DNA from: a bacterium
GTDB taxonomy: Bacteria > UBA8248
Length of the DNA stretch: 64,000 nt
Direction: 5' to 3'
NCBI GenBank assembly: GCA_965213625.1
Contig: CBDBZU010000004.1
Span: 2,624,001-2,688,000 of the forward strand
The notes beneath the pieces are model-generated. The model had not been told where the DNA came from. It saw nothing but the letters and a program-made list of their open reading frames with translations, and did not search any database. The position numbers and the translations under genes are program-made. Shown here piece by piece: positions 8,819 through 18,342 of the stretch; the stretch's first letter is position 1; each line of letters starts with the position of its first letter.

Positions 8819-10540
8819 TTAGCGTAGCGACAAGCCGGTCCGGCGCGGCATTTTGCGAAGTCGCTCGTAGCGCGCCACCCTCGGTTGGTCGAGCAGGGGT
8901 TTGGGTTCGTTCTCGATGCTTTGCTGGTGGACGTCGTCGGCGAAACCTTCCATGCCGACTCTGGGCAGCGCCTTGCCGATGAAGCGTTCGATATTCTTGA
9001 CTGGCGTGATTTCGCCGGGCGACATGAGCGTCATGGCGTAGCCGATGCGGCCGGCGCGGGCCGTTCTGCCGGCGCGGTGGACGTAGTCTTCAGGGTATTC
9101 GGGCACGTCGTAATTGATGACGTGAGAGATGCCCGTCACGTCGATGCCGCGCGAAACGATGTCCGTCGCCACGAGTATGCGGTGCTGACCCTGGCGAAAG
9201 CCCGCCAGCGCGCGCTCCCGTTGGCGTTGGCTTCTGTCGGAATGAATCTTGGCGACGGAAATTTTCTCGTTTTCCAGGAAATTGCAGAGCACATCGGCCC
9301 CGGCTTTGGTTCTCGTGAAGATGAGGACGCTGGTGGGGTTGTATTTGTCGATGATGCCCAGCACGCCGCGCGGCTTGTTCGCCATGCTGATAGGGTAGAC
9401 GCCGTGGTGGATGCCCTCCGCCGGCGTCGAGGGCGGAGAGATGTTGATTTGCACCGGGTCGCTCACCGCGCGATTCGCCAGATCCTGAATTTTTGCGGGC
9501 ATGGTGGCGGAGAAAAGCATGGTCTGCCTCTTTTTGGGCAGGCGTTTGAGGATTTCGGTGATCTCCTCGGCGAAGCCCATGTCCAGCATGCGGTCGGCCT
9601 CGTCGATGATGAGTATTTCCAGTTTCTTGAAATGTACGGATTTTCGTTTCAAATGGTCGAGCAGCCTGCCGGGCGTGGCGACGACGATGTCCACGTTCTC
9701 ATGAAAAGCCTGGAACTGAGGCTCGTAATCCACCCCGCCGTAGATGACCGCGCATGAGGTTTCGACGTGTTTTCCCAGACGGTGGAATTGTTCCGACACC
9801 TGGATTGCCAGTTCCCGCGTGGGCGTCAGCACGAGGCACCTCGTGCCCGAGCCGCCTTGTAGGCGTTCGAGCGTCGGGAGGGCGAAAGAAGCGGTTTTGC
9901 CTGTGCCCGTCTGGGCGCAGCCGATGATGTCCCGGCCCTCACGTGCGACGGGAATCGCATCCCGCTGGATGGGCGTGGGGGCGTCGAACCCGAGGCCGTG
10001 AATCCCGCGGAGCAACTCAGGCCCGAAGCCGAGTTCCCGGAAGCCCTCGGGCGCGTCTGCTACGTCGAAATCGTCCACGCCGAATTCGGCAGGGTCTTTT
10101 TTGTAGGTGATGCCGTTATAAGAGGGATTCGCCGCTTTCTGGGATTTTTGCGGTGCGGCCTGTGCTCCCGCCACCGCGGGTTTCTTCTTGCGGCGCCTTC
10201 TTGTCCTTTTGTTTTTGGATGGTTTGTCGTCGTTTTCCAGATTTTTCGATTCTATGGTTGCTGCGTTTTGCTTATGCAATGTTTCTCCATTATTTTGTTT
10301 TTTCCGGGGGCGACTGCGCCGGCGGCGTTTGTTCCCGGGGTTCGTCCCGTTCGAGTCGGTTTTTCCCTGCGGAGATTCGACATCGGCAGGTTTCGAGGCG
10401 GAAGAGGCTTTGTTCCGTTCGGCATGGTCAGTGGAAGGCGCGGAATTGGATTCCAGGACCTTGGCGGAAGGTAGGCTCTCGGGGGTTTGTTCTTTGCTTT
10501 TGGAGCGAATGATGTTCGCTAAATGTTTGATAATTCTCAC
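8819..10540 (-). CDS. DEAD-box RNA helicase with long basic N-terminal extension
   Basis: Q-motif PTPIQ, AQTGTGKT, PTRELA, TPGRL, DEAD, SAT, HRAGRTAR. Exact start uncertain. Confidence 0.93.
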   Translation of the reverse strand: MRIIKHLANIIRSKSKEQTPESLPSAKVLESNSAPSTDHAERNKASSASKPADVESPQGKTDSNGTNPGNKRRRRSRPRKKQNNGETLHKQNAATIESKNLENDDKPSKNKRTRRRRKKKPAVAGAQAAPQKSQKAANPSYNGITYKKDPAEFGVDDFDVADAPEGFRELGFGPELLRGIHGLGFDAPTPIQRDAIPVAREGRDIIGCAQTGTGKTASFALPTLERLQGGSGTRCLVLTPTRELAIQVSEQFHRLGKHVETSCAVIYGGVDYEPQFQAFHENVDIVVATPGRLLDHLKRKSVHFKKLEILIIDEADRMLDMGFAEEITEILKRLPKKRQTMLFSATMPAKIQDLANRAVSDPVQINISPPSTPAEGIHHGVYPISMANKPRGVLGIIDKYNPTSVLIFTRTKAGADVLCNFLENEKISVAKIHSDRSQRQRERALAGFRQGQHRILVATDIVSRGIDVTGISHVINYDVPEYPEDYVHRAGRTARAGRIGYAMTLMSPGEITPVKNIERFIGKALPRVGMEGFADDVHQQSIENEPKPLLDQPRVARYERLRKMPRRTGLSLR

Positions 10541-10618
10541 GATGAGTGTTTATAGGGAAGATGCTCGCTGCTGTCAAGCGCGAAAATCAAGGACTTGCGG
10601 ATTGAAGGGAGTCGGTAG

Positions 10619-11620
10619 ATGACGGAAAAAGGGATAGTTTTGTGGCATCAGGAGACCATCGACGCGCGCGAGGTTCCGCGATTCGCGCGATGGTGCGAGG
10701 ATTCAGGCATCGATTCGCTCTGGTTTCCAGAAACCTGGGTGCGCGACGGTAGCATCCTCATCTCCATGGCGGCGCAGGCGGTGGAGAAGATCAAGCTGGG
10801 AGCCGCGGTGTTCAACGTCTATGGCAGAACGCCCGGCCTCATGGCGCAGACTGCGGCGGAACTCGATGTGTTGAGCGATGGCCGCTTCCATCTCGGGCTC
10901 GGCTCGAGCGGCCGGGCGGTTATCGAGAACTGGCACGGGGTTTCTTTCGGCAGTCCGCTCAAACGCTCCCGGGAGATGGTCGAAGCCCTGCGCCAGGCGT
11001 TTCGCGGCGAGCGCGTGGAATTGGACGGTGAAATCTACCGGATGAGCGGCTTCAAGCTGAGGCGAAAACCGGTGCAGGAGCGCCTGCCTATCTATCTGGG
11101 GTCGAACGGCCCGAATTATACGAGGCTGACCGGGGAGATCGCGGACGGCTGGATTCCTTTCTGCATCCCGTTCTCGAAAACAAAAGACGCGCTCAAATTT
11201 CTGGAGGAGGGCGCTGAAACGGCGGGCAGGGTGGTCTCGGAAATTGATGTGGCCCCGTTCGTCTACACGGCGCCTTTTGACGATCTCGACCGCGCGCGCG
11301 CACTCGTGAAGCCCGAACTCGGCTTTTACATCGGCGCGATGGGCGATTACTACCACGCCCAGCTCACGCGCTGGGGCTACGGGGAAGACGCCGACAACAT
11401 CCGCGCGGCCTGGCGAAAGGGCGGCCGCAGGGCAGTGGGCGATGCACTCTCGGATGAACTGGTAGACGACCTCGCCATCTGCGGGCCCAAGTCCAGATGC
11501 AACGAAATGCTGGCTGCAATCAGAGAGATGGGCGTCACGCAGCCGCTTTTCCGCGTGCCCGACGAAACGCCCGAAGAGGACGTGAAACAAGCGCTAAGGA
11601 CATTGGGAAAACTCGATTGA
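10619..11620 (+). CDS. LLM-class (luciferase-like, possibly F420-dependent) oxidoreductase
   Basis: LWFPETW, LDVLSDGRFHLGLGSSG, PIYLG, GEIADGW. Confidence 0.85.
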   Translation: MTEKGIVLWHQETIDAREVPRFARWCEDSGIDSLWFPETWVRDGSILISMAAQAVEKIKLGAAVFNVYGRTPGLMAQTAAELDVLSDGRFHLGLGSSGRAVIENWHGVSFGSPLKRSREMVEALRQAFRGERVELDGEIYRMSGFKLRRKPVQERLPIYLGSNGPNYTRLTGEIADGWIPFCIPFSKTKDALKFLEEGAETAGRVVSEIDVAPFVYTAPFDDLDRARALVKPELGFYIGAMGDYYHAQLTRWGYGEDADNIRAAWRKGGRRAVGDALSDELVDDLAICGPKSRCNEMLAAIREMGVTQPLFRVPDETPEEDVKQALRTLGKLD

Positions 11621-11623
11621 AAT

Positions 11624-12148
11624 CTAAATGGGGTATCGCCCCCAGCCTGCGATATGGCCCCTGAGGTAGCAGATTTGTCCGATATGGGAGATATGATCGC
11701 CTACATACCTGCCCAGCACCAGGCCGAGCTTCATGGGCTTCTTGCTGGCGAAGTCGACTTCTTCCCGATCCAGATCAGCCGCGCTCAAGCCTGAGAGGCA
11801 GGCGAGTGATTTCTCGCGCACAGCTTCGAAATAACCCATCAGGGTGTCCTTGCTGACTTCAAGCGCCAGTACCTGTTCGAGCGTGAAGCCTACGCCGGTG
11901 CATTCGGGGTCGGGCTCCATGCCGAAGCGCTTGTGCCATTTCCCCTCTATCCAAAGTTCCTGCGTTCCGCCGAGGAACGAAAAAGTCCTGTCCTCAAAGC
12001 GCGTCATGTGCCAGATGATCCAGCCCATGGGGTTGTCGTTCGGGCCGGGTTGAAGGGTCAAGTCCTCATCGGTGACGTCTTCCATAACCTCTCTCAGCCT
12101 CGTCCCGTAGGCTTCGAGGCGCTCTTTGAAGATAGTCGGTGCATCCAT
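11624..12148 (-). CDS. DinB-family protein
   Basis: NPMGWIIWH and HISHIGQI metal-binding His pattern. Confidence 0.8.
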   Translation of the reverse strand: MDAPTIFKERLEAYGTRLREVMEDVTDEDLTLQPGPNDNPMGWIIWHMTRFEDRTFSFLGGTQELWIEGKWHKRFGMEPDPECTGVGFTLEQVLALEVSKDTLMGYFEAVREKSLACLSGLSAADLDREEVDFASKKPMKLGLVLGRYVGDHISHIGQICYLRGHIAGWGRYPI

Positions 12149-12178
12149 GTCCCGATTCCTCCATGGTTCGTGATGCAG

Positions 12179-12208
12179 AAAAAACGCCCCCACTCACGAG
12201 GGGGCGCT
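12179..12208 (-). terminator. Intrinsic terminator after the selenoprotein gene
   Basis: On the minus strand, CGCCCCC stem-loop followed by a U run (plus strand AAAAAACGCCCCC...GGGGGCG). Confidence 0.6.
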
Positions 12209-12226
12209 GATGAACGACTTGTCCGG

Positions 12227-12919
12227 CTAGATCGCTGTGCTCGCGCGAGCGGTGAAGATGGTTTGCTCCATTTTTGGCATTCCCTCGAATGCGGGGTCTT
12301 CGTTCACCATCCGGGCCAGATATTCATCCACGTACTCGGCGTTCGACCAGGTGCATTTGTAGGCCACTTTCCCGTCCTTGCCGACGAGCCAGATGGTGTT
12401 CGGCAGGTCTCCGAGCATGGCGTGCACCTTCTGGTCCATCTCGTCGACGAGGATGTTAGTTTCCATTTTTTTGATATCGGCCAGCTCTTGCGCGTAGCTC
12501 CGCTTGTGCTCGTAGGATTCATGGTTTCTGATCTCGGGGAACCCGCGCTCGCCTGCGTGAGGTTCCCTCACATAGAGATTGAAGACGACCACGTCGCGGT
12601 CCGCGTATTTCTCTTGCAACTCTTCATAAAACGGCACCTGCCGCCTGTATGGCGGTCACGTGATGGCGCCTGTGGTCATCACCACGTATTTCTTCCCCAG
12701 ATAATCCGCCATGCGGTGGCTGTTTCCGTGAATGTCCTTGAGTTCGAAATCGGGGAAGGGGCTGCCGGGAGGAAGGACGTTGGGAAATTTCTCATAAAAA
12801 CTCTTGACTCGTTTGCTCGTGACGAGTTTGATGGTCTTCAACAGGTTCAGATACTGCCAGGACCAAAAACCCGCCAGCGGTCCCCAGGGTTTCGGGACGG
12901 AATCGTTAGCCGGTCTCAT
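12227..12919 (-). CDS. Iodothyronine-deiodinase-like thioredoxin-fold selenoprotein (Sec at TGA 12656-12658, residue 88 of 230)
   Basis: ORFs 12656..13048 and 12227..12637 are in frame and join as GAIT-UGA-PPYRRQ, compared with deiodinase GSxTUPPF. Also YVREPH and PN...GKVAY. SD GAGGAG before ATG 12919. SECIS directly downstream. Confidence 0.88.
12625..12651 (-). promoter_or_regulatory. Bacterial SECIS element
   Basis: CAUA-C-AGGCGGC-[AGGU]-GCCGUUU-UAUG; the loop starts after 16 nt downstream of the UGA and contains the same GCAGGU as the E. coli fdhF SECIS. Confidence 0.75.
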
Positions 12920-13116
12920 AGAATGAAACTCCTCTGCGATATACGTTTGTTTGTATGATGGCGTATGCCCAGTCCCTTTGTTTACCCAATCGCAGAGTGA
13001 AACACAACCGCCCGAACGTGGGAGCGAAAGACGGTCCTTGAAAGGCAAATTTTGTGAATTTTTTTCACTTTTTATTTCAAGTTTTAATATTGTTTATCTA
13101 AAGTAGATTGTAGAAA

Positions 13117-13932
13117 TTAAAAATCGAACGACAGCTGCGGCTCTTTCTCTCCCGAAACGACTTTTTGGGGATTTTTCGGAGACGTGCTCACTCCTCCGCG
13201 CGCGCGTGGTGGTTTTTTCCGGGGTTTCGCTGCGCTTGGTTCACCTGGTGGCGCCGGAAAGAGGGGTTGCGTTACATCCTGTGGGGACAACCTGGATTTT
13301 CTCGCTTCGGGCCGAACATCCTCCGGGCTCGCCTCATTTGGCTGTTGCCGATCTTGACTTTTGTTTCTCCCACGGGCGTTTGCGGCCTCCGCCTCGAGAG
13401 CCGCCGTCAGGTCTCTGGGCCGCTCCCAGGGGGCATCTTGCGAGGATGCCCGCTCCCCGCCCTTCATGCGCATGAGCTTGGTTTTGAGGTCCTCGATGCG
13501 CGCGTAAAAGCCGGGGCTGTGGGGTGTGGAGGGAATTCGGAGAAATTTTCTGTCGATGTGGTGCATGAGTTCGTGGATGAGGGTATCCAGAAACGTCTTG
13601 CCAGCGACGACCTGCTTGCGAATGGACGTCAGGTTGGCGATTTCGATCAACGCGCTGTCGCAATGGTAGACGCCGTACAGCTTGTAGGCGAGTTTTCCGC
13701 CATGCAGCTTGTGGGGTTGCCGCTTTTCGAACACGCGCAGGCGCGCACGGGGAATCTTGAGGCTGCGGCAAATGTTGTCGAGAAGCTTCTGGCCCAGCGC
13801 TTCGCGCTCGTCCGCGCTCGTGGAAACGATGAGTTTTCCGGTGAGTTCGCGCTCCTGCGCAGCGGGTCGGTATTCCAGTGCCGGGAGTTTGTTGGAGCGC
13901 ATGAAATCCGGTGTATCGCGGCGCCTGCCCAT
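13117..13932 (-). CDS. SprT/Wss1-like zinc metallopeptidase with disordered tail ending QLSFDF
   Basis: TLIHELMHH (13561-13575) and downstream PHSPGF third-His motif; Pro/Lys/Arg-rich tail. Confidence 0.7.
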   Translation of the reverse strand: MGRRRDTPDFMRSNKLPALEYRPAAQERELTGKLIVSTSADEREALGQKLLDNICRSLKIPRARLRVFEKRQPHKLHGGKLAYKLYGVYHCDSALIEIANLTSIRKQVVAGKTFLDTLIHELMHHIDRKFLRIPSTPHSPGFYARIEDLKTKLMRMKGGERASSQDAPWERPRDLTAALEAEAANARGRNKSQDRQQPNEASPEDVRPEARKSRLSPQDVTQPLFPAPPGEPSAAKPRKKPPRARGGVSTSPKNPQKVVSGEKEPQLSFDF

Positions 13933-14046
13933 GAGAAAGCCGTTTCCGAAACGAGTCCGGGCGGAACAAGTCGCAGAGATGCGATGGGCTAACGAGTGAG
14001 AATTATACGCGAATCAGACCCATGTTGCGAGAGCCTTGTTTCGGGC

Positions 14047-15084
14047 CTAATCGTTCTCCAGAATCTCCTCGATTGTCACAATCCGTCTTTCTGCGTTGCT
14101 CTTCAGGATCGCCCGCATGATGGCGAGAGCGCGAACGCCGTGGCGACCGGTGACTTCCGGGTCCCTGTCTTCTCGAATCGCGCCGATCAGGTCGTCGAAC
14201 TGCTCGCGGTTCGCGAGGAGCCTTCCCTCCACCAGGTCGTGATCGAGCTCCACTGTCTCTGTTTCCAGGCCGCCCATCAGGTCGATGGGCCGCTTGAGAG
14301 TGGGGTTTTCCGTCGTGGAGAGGCTCAGGTTCGCTTCGGTGCCCTGAACGTCGAAGGCGAAGTGGAATGGGGCCAGATAGCTGCTCGAAATGACGCCCAT
14401 CAGCCCGCTCTTGAAGCGCAATATGGCGGCGGCGGTGTCTTCCTGGGGGTTGGGGCCGCCCACCTTGGCGCAAGCGGCGCTTACCTCGTCCACGTCGCCG
14501 AAGAGATATTCCATAATGTCGCCCAGATGGATGGTGTAGCTGTAGAGCGGCCCTCCGGGGTTTTCCGTGGCGTCCCACCGCATACTCTTGGGGCCGGAGG
14601 TGAAGCCGTGGTTATTGGAAAACGTGGCGACCGTGTAGTTCACGAGACCCAGATTTCCGCTTTCGACGATTTCCTTCGCCTTGCGAAACATCGGCCAGCG
14701 CCTGAAGTTCTGCCCCATGTGGAGTTTCACGCCGTGGTCTTTACACGCCTGCTCCACTTCTTTGGCGTCGGAGACGTTCAGCGCCATCGGTTTTTCCAGG
14801 TGAACGTGCTTGCCCGCGCGGGCGGCGGCGACCGCGATTTCCTTGTGTACGGAGTTCGCCGTGGCGATGACGACAGCTTCTGTCTCGGAGTCGGCCATCA
14901 CCTCATCAATTGAGGCGAAGTTCTGCCCTCCGTATTTCCCGATAAAATCTTCGCGAGAGGAGGGTGTACGGGCGAAGCCGCCGGTCACTTTCACTTTTCC
15001 GGAGGCAAGGGCGGCGTCTGCGAGCACGGCGCCCCACCAGCCGAGTCCGATGAAGGCCATGCCGATTTTAGGTGCATCATTCAT
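14047..15084 (-). CDS. Gfo/Idh/MocA-family oxidoreductase
   Basis: IGLGWWG Rossmann motif, AGKHVHLEKPMA. Confidence 0.9.
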   Translation of the reverse strand: MNDAPKIGMAFIGLGWWGAVLADAALASGKVKVTGGFARTPSSREDFIGKYGGQNFASIDEVMADSETEAVVIATANSVHKEIAVAAARAGKHVHLEKPMALNVSDAKEVEQACKDHGVKLHMGQNFRRWPMFRKAKEIVESGNLGLVNYTVATFSNNHGFTSGPKSMRWDATENPGGPLYSYTIHLGDIMEYLFGDVDEVSAACAKVGGPNPQEDTAAAILRFKSGLMGVISSSYLAPFHFAFDVQGTEANLSLSTTENPTLKRPIDLMGGLETETVELDHDLVEGRLLANREQFDDLIGAIREDRDPEVTGRHGVRALAIMRAILKSNAERRIVTIEEILEND

Positions 15085-15146
15085 CTATTGACTCCTTGAT
15101 ACGAAATATATGCGCAATTCAAATTGGGGAAGGTGGGCCAAAATCT

Positions 15147-15914
15147 TCAGCGGCCCTGCCATTCGGGTTTTCTCTTCTCCATGAAGGCTGCAAGGCCCTC
15201 TTGTGTGTCATGTGAGGTCTGGAGTCGATAGCTGATGAGTTTCGCCATGGCGATGCCTTCGCGAACATCGGGCGTTCTCAGACCCTTGAGCACTGCCTCT
15301 TTCGTGTGCCGGACGGATAAGGGCGCGTTCTCGTTGATGAGGGCGGCCATGGCGTGCGCCTCGTCCATCAGGGCGTCCTGGGGAACGACCTTGTTCACCA
15401 TGCCCCAGCGCGCCGCTTCATCCGCTGGGATGTGCCGGCCGGTCAGCATGAACTCCATGGCGATGCCGGGCGGGATGGTCTTGGGCATGCGCTGGTGGCC
15501 GCCAAGGCTCATCGCGCCGTATTTGGGTTGGGGATAGCCGAAAACGGCGTTTTCAGATGCGATCCGGATGTCGCAGGAAAGTGCCAGGGAACACCCCCCG
15601 CCGAAGGCGTAGCCGTTCACCGCGGCGATCATGGGTTTGTATATCTCGAATTCTCCGTACCACACCGTGGGCGAGTCGTGATCCTTGTATTGTCCCTCAC
15701 TTTCCACGACCAGGGTGAGGTCGTGTCCTGCGCAGAACGCGCGATCGCCTGCGCCTGTGACGATGGCCGTCCATGCGTCGTCGTCCTTGGCGAATCTCTG
15801 GCAGGCTTCGTACATCTCGTCCACCATCTCCTCGGTGTAGGCATTGAGCTTCTCGGGCCGGTTCAGGGTGATAGTGGCGGTTTTATCCTTCACTTCGTAA
15901 TTGACCAGGCTCAT
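15147..15914 (-). CDS. Enoyl-CoA hydratase/isomerase-family protein
   Basis: ITLNRPEKLNA, AFCAGHDL, KPMIAAVNGYAFGGG, FMEKRKPEW. The usual catalytic Glu positions appear as Ser and Gln, so the chemistry may be non-canonical. Confidence 0.9.
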   Translation of the reverse strand: MSLVNYEVKDKTATITLNRPEKLNAYTEEMVDEMYEACQRFAKDDDAWTAIVTGAGDRAFCAGHDLTLVVESEGQYKDHDSPTVWYGEFEIYKPMIAAVNGYAFGGGCSLALSCDIRIASENAVFGYPQPKYGAMSLGGHQRMPKTIPPGIAMEFMLTGRHIPADEAARWGMVNKVVPQDALMDEAHAMAALINENAPLSVRHTKEAVLKGLRTPDVREGIAMAKLISYRLQTSHDTQEGLAAFMEKRKPEWQGR

Positions 15915-16057
15915 GGGACTTCTCCGTGTTGATTTGGTGAATGCGCTCGTTGCGTGTCCTTTGCGCCGAAAGTAGCGAGGCCGGGCCTTCAAGTCAACGA
16001 TGCGGAGGCATCCATCTCTTTTGCACGCATTCGACAAGCCGCCCCGCCCGTGTTTTC

Positions 16058-16086
16058 TTGACAGGTCAATGCGCGGGTGCTAGCGT
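16058..16086 (+). promoter_or_regulatory. Sigma70-like promoter for the M24-family gene
   Basis: TTGACA-17 bp-TAGCGT with TG upstream of the -10 box. Confidence 0.45.
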
Positions 16087-16171
16087 CGCCGCGAATTTCA
16101 TATTCAGAACAATCGTTTGCAGACTCGATATTTTCAGACCGAAATCTTTGTTTTGCGAGGAGGAAGATGCA

Positions 16172-17410
16172 ATGACGGACTACCCCACGTGGGCGCGCGG
16201 CTCGATGATGGTCGACTGGGAGCACCGCATCGATATGGACCGCATGCGCAGAGAGCGCGTCGAGAAAACCCAGGCGGCGATGAAGGAACAGGGCATCGAC
16301 GCCCTCATCCTCTGGAAGGACGAGAACGTGCGCTACCTGACCAGCGCGCGCGTCATCATGATTCAGTACCGCTCCTCCACCACCTACGGCGTTCTGCTCA
16401 GGCAGGAGGGCAATCCGACGCTACTGGCCTCAAGCGGCGAGGCGCACCGCATCGAGGAGTGCATGCCCTGGATAGACGATTACGTGCCCATCGGCATCCT
16501 GGAGGAGCCGGGTCTCGTGGAGCACACGGTGGGCACCGACATCAAGACGCGATTCGATGACTGGGGGGTTTCGAACGGAACCATCGGGCTGGATGGGCAC
16601 ACCTTCACCCAGCGGGCGATGATCGATAAATATTTCCCCGAAGCCACTTTCGTGGACGGCGAGCAGTTCATGTACATGAGCCGGGTACAGAAGACGACGG
16701 ATGAGATCGCATGCCTCCATCAGGCGTGCGCCATCGCCGACGCCGTGACCATCACGGCGCTCAACCACGCCGAGCCCGGCGTTCGCGAGTTCGACGTGGC
16801 GGCCGAGGCCATGAAGACGCTTTTCACCCACGGCGGGGAATTCGGGCATCTGGCATCTCCATTTGTCGCCTCGGGCGAGCACATGGCGCCGCCGACGCGT
16901 TTTCCTACCGATAAAATCATCAGGAACGCCGACATCGTCTTCATCGACATCGGCGCCTGCTGGAACGGCTATTTCGGGGACTGCGGGCGCGCGAAGGTGG
17001 CCGGCGGCCCGCCCCATCCAATGCAGCAAAAGGTGTATACGACCGTCTACAAGGCGCTCAAGGCGGGAATCGCCAAGATGCGTCCCGGCTACACGAACGA
17101 CGATTCGGCGGCGGAGTTCCTGGAAGTGGCGCGCTCCGCGGGTCTCGAGGAAAACTTCATCAAGCTATTCATCGGGCACGGCTGCGGCATATCGCCCAAC
17201 GAGCCGCCCTACGTGGGCGAGGTGATGCCCGGGGCCGAGAGCGTGGATTTCGTGCCGGGGATGACGTTCGCCATCGAGCCGCTCATCTTCGTGCCGGGAA
17301 TTCCGGGCGGGGCCGGCGTGCGCATCGAGGACCATATTCTCATCACCGAGGACGAACCCGTCTACATGACGCGCGCTCCATATTGTGAGGAGTTGATCAT
17401 TCAGGATTAA
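16172..17410 (+). CDS. M24 (Xaa-Pro peptidase/creatinase fold) hydrolase
   Basis: Metal ligands in FIDIG...YFGD, GHGCG, AIEP and RIED; SD GAGGAGG. Confidence 0.88.
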   Translation: MTDYPTWARGSMMVDWEHRIDMDRMRRERVEKTQAAMKEQGIDALILWKDENVRYLTSARVIMIQYRSSTTYGVLLRQEGNPTLLASSGEAHRIEECMPWIDDYVPIGILEEPGLVEHTVGTDIKTRFDDWGVSNGTIGLDGHTFTQRAMIDKYFPEATFVDGEQFMYMSRVQKTTDEIACLHQACAIADAVTITALNHAEPGVREFDVAAEAMKTLFTHGGEFGHLASPFVASGEHMAPPTRFPTDKIIRNADIVFIDIGACWNGYFGDCGRAKVAGGPPHPMQQKVYTTVYKALKAGIAKMRPGYTNDDSAAEFLEVARSAGLEENFIKLFIGHGCGISPNEPPYVGEVMPGAESVDFVPGMTFAIEPLIFVPGIPGGAGVRIEDHILITEDEPVYMTRAPYCEELIIQD

Positions 17411-17429
17411 GCAGGCGTTGACCTGAATC

Positions 17430-17464
17430 GGCGCCCCTGGCGTGTGGTCCGGGGGCGCTTTTTC
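17430..17464 (+). terminator. Intrinsic terminator
   Basis: GCGCCCCTGG...CCGGGGGCGC followed by TTTTT. Confidence 0.6.
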
Positions 17465-17484
17465 ATTCTGAGACGAGGCATGCG

Positions 17485-18342
17485 TTGACAGAGATTCCCC
17501 TGGCCGTTGCGGCGTCGGCTTTTTTCGCGCTGACGTTCATCTTCTCGCGCCTTGCGACGCGGGAGGCGACGCCTGTGTTCGGCGGTTTCGTTGCTTCGGC
17601 CGTGGTGACGCTGCTCTATCTGCCCTGGATAGCGGCGAGCGTGCCGATGAGCGCTTTCGCCAACCCGCACCTGCTCTGGTTCGTGGGGCTCGGCATAATC
17701 ACCCCCAGCATATCGAGGACGTTTCAGTTCGCGGGCGTTCAGCGCATAGGGGCGGCGCCTTCGGGAATCCTGCGCGGTCTGGGGCCGCTCTTCTCGAGCA
17801 CGCTGGCCGTATTGCTTCTCGGCGAGCAGCTCACGCCTGTCCTCGCCGCGGGAACCGCGCTCATCGTCTGCGGCATCATCGTCTTGTCGATCAGGAAAGA
17901 TGAAATGCGCTCGTGGGCGCTTACCGGAATCGCCTACGCCATCGGGGCCACGCTCATCTGGGTCATGCGCGACCTCATCATCCGCTACTCCTCGCCCGAC
18001 GTGCCCTACAAGACGCTCGCGATTTTCGTGATGGCGGGAACGTCGAGCATTGTCATGGCTTTTGTCCTGGCGAATTCCAAAAGCGCCCGCAAGAACTTCA
18101 CCGGGAAGGGACTCTTTTATTTTGTGCTCGTGGGACTCGCCAGCTTCTCGGCCCTTACAGCGCTTTTCTTCGCGCTCGAGGAGGGACGCATCGTCGTCGT
18201 GACGCCGATCACCTCGGCCCAACCCCTGTTCGTGCTGCTCTTCTCACGGTTTTTGCCGCAGGGCATGGAACCGCTGACGCCGCTCATGGTGCTGGGTGCG
18301 GCCTTCATCGTCGCGGGAGGCGCGTTGATAAGCCTCGCGTGA
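17485..18342 (+). CDS. DMT/EamA-family transporter
   Basis: About 10 hydrophobic segments in two repeats; LLGEQLT motif. Confidence 0.85.
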   Translation: MTEIPLAVAASAFFALTFIFSRLATREATPVFGGFVASAVVTLLYLPWIAASVPMSAFANPHLLWFVGLGIITPSISRTFQFAGVQRIGAAPSGILRGLGPLFSSTLAVLLLGEQLTPVLAAGTALIVCGIIVLSIRKDEMRSWALTGIAYAIGATLIWVMRDLIIRYSSPDVPYKTLAIFVMAGTSSIVMAFVLANSKSARKNFTGKGLFYFVLVGLASFSALTALFFALEEGRIVVVTPITSAQPLFVLLFSRFLPQGMEPLTPLMVLGAAFIVAGGALISLA

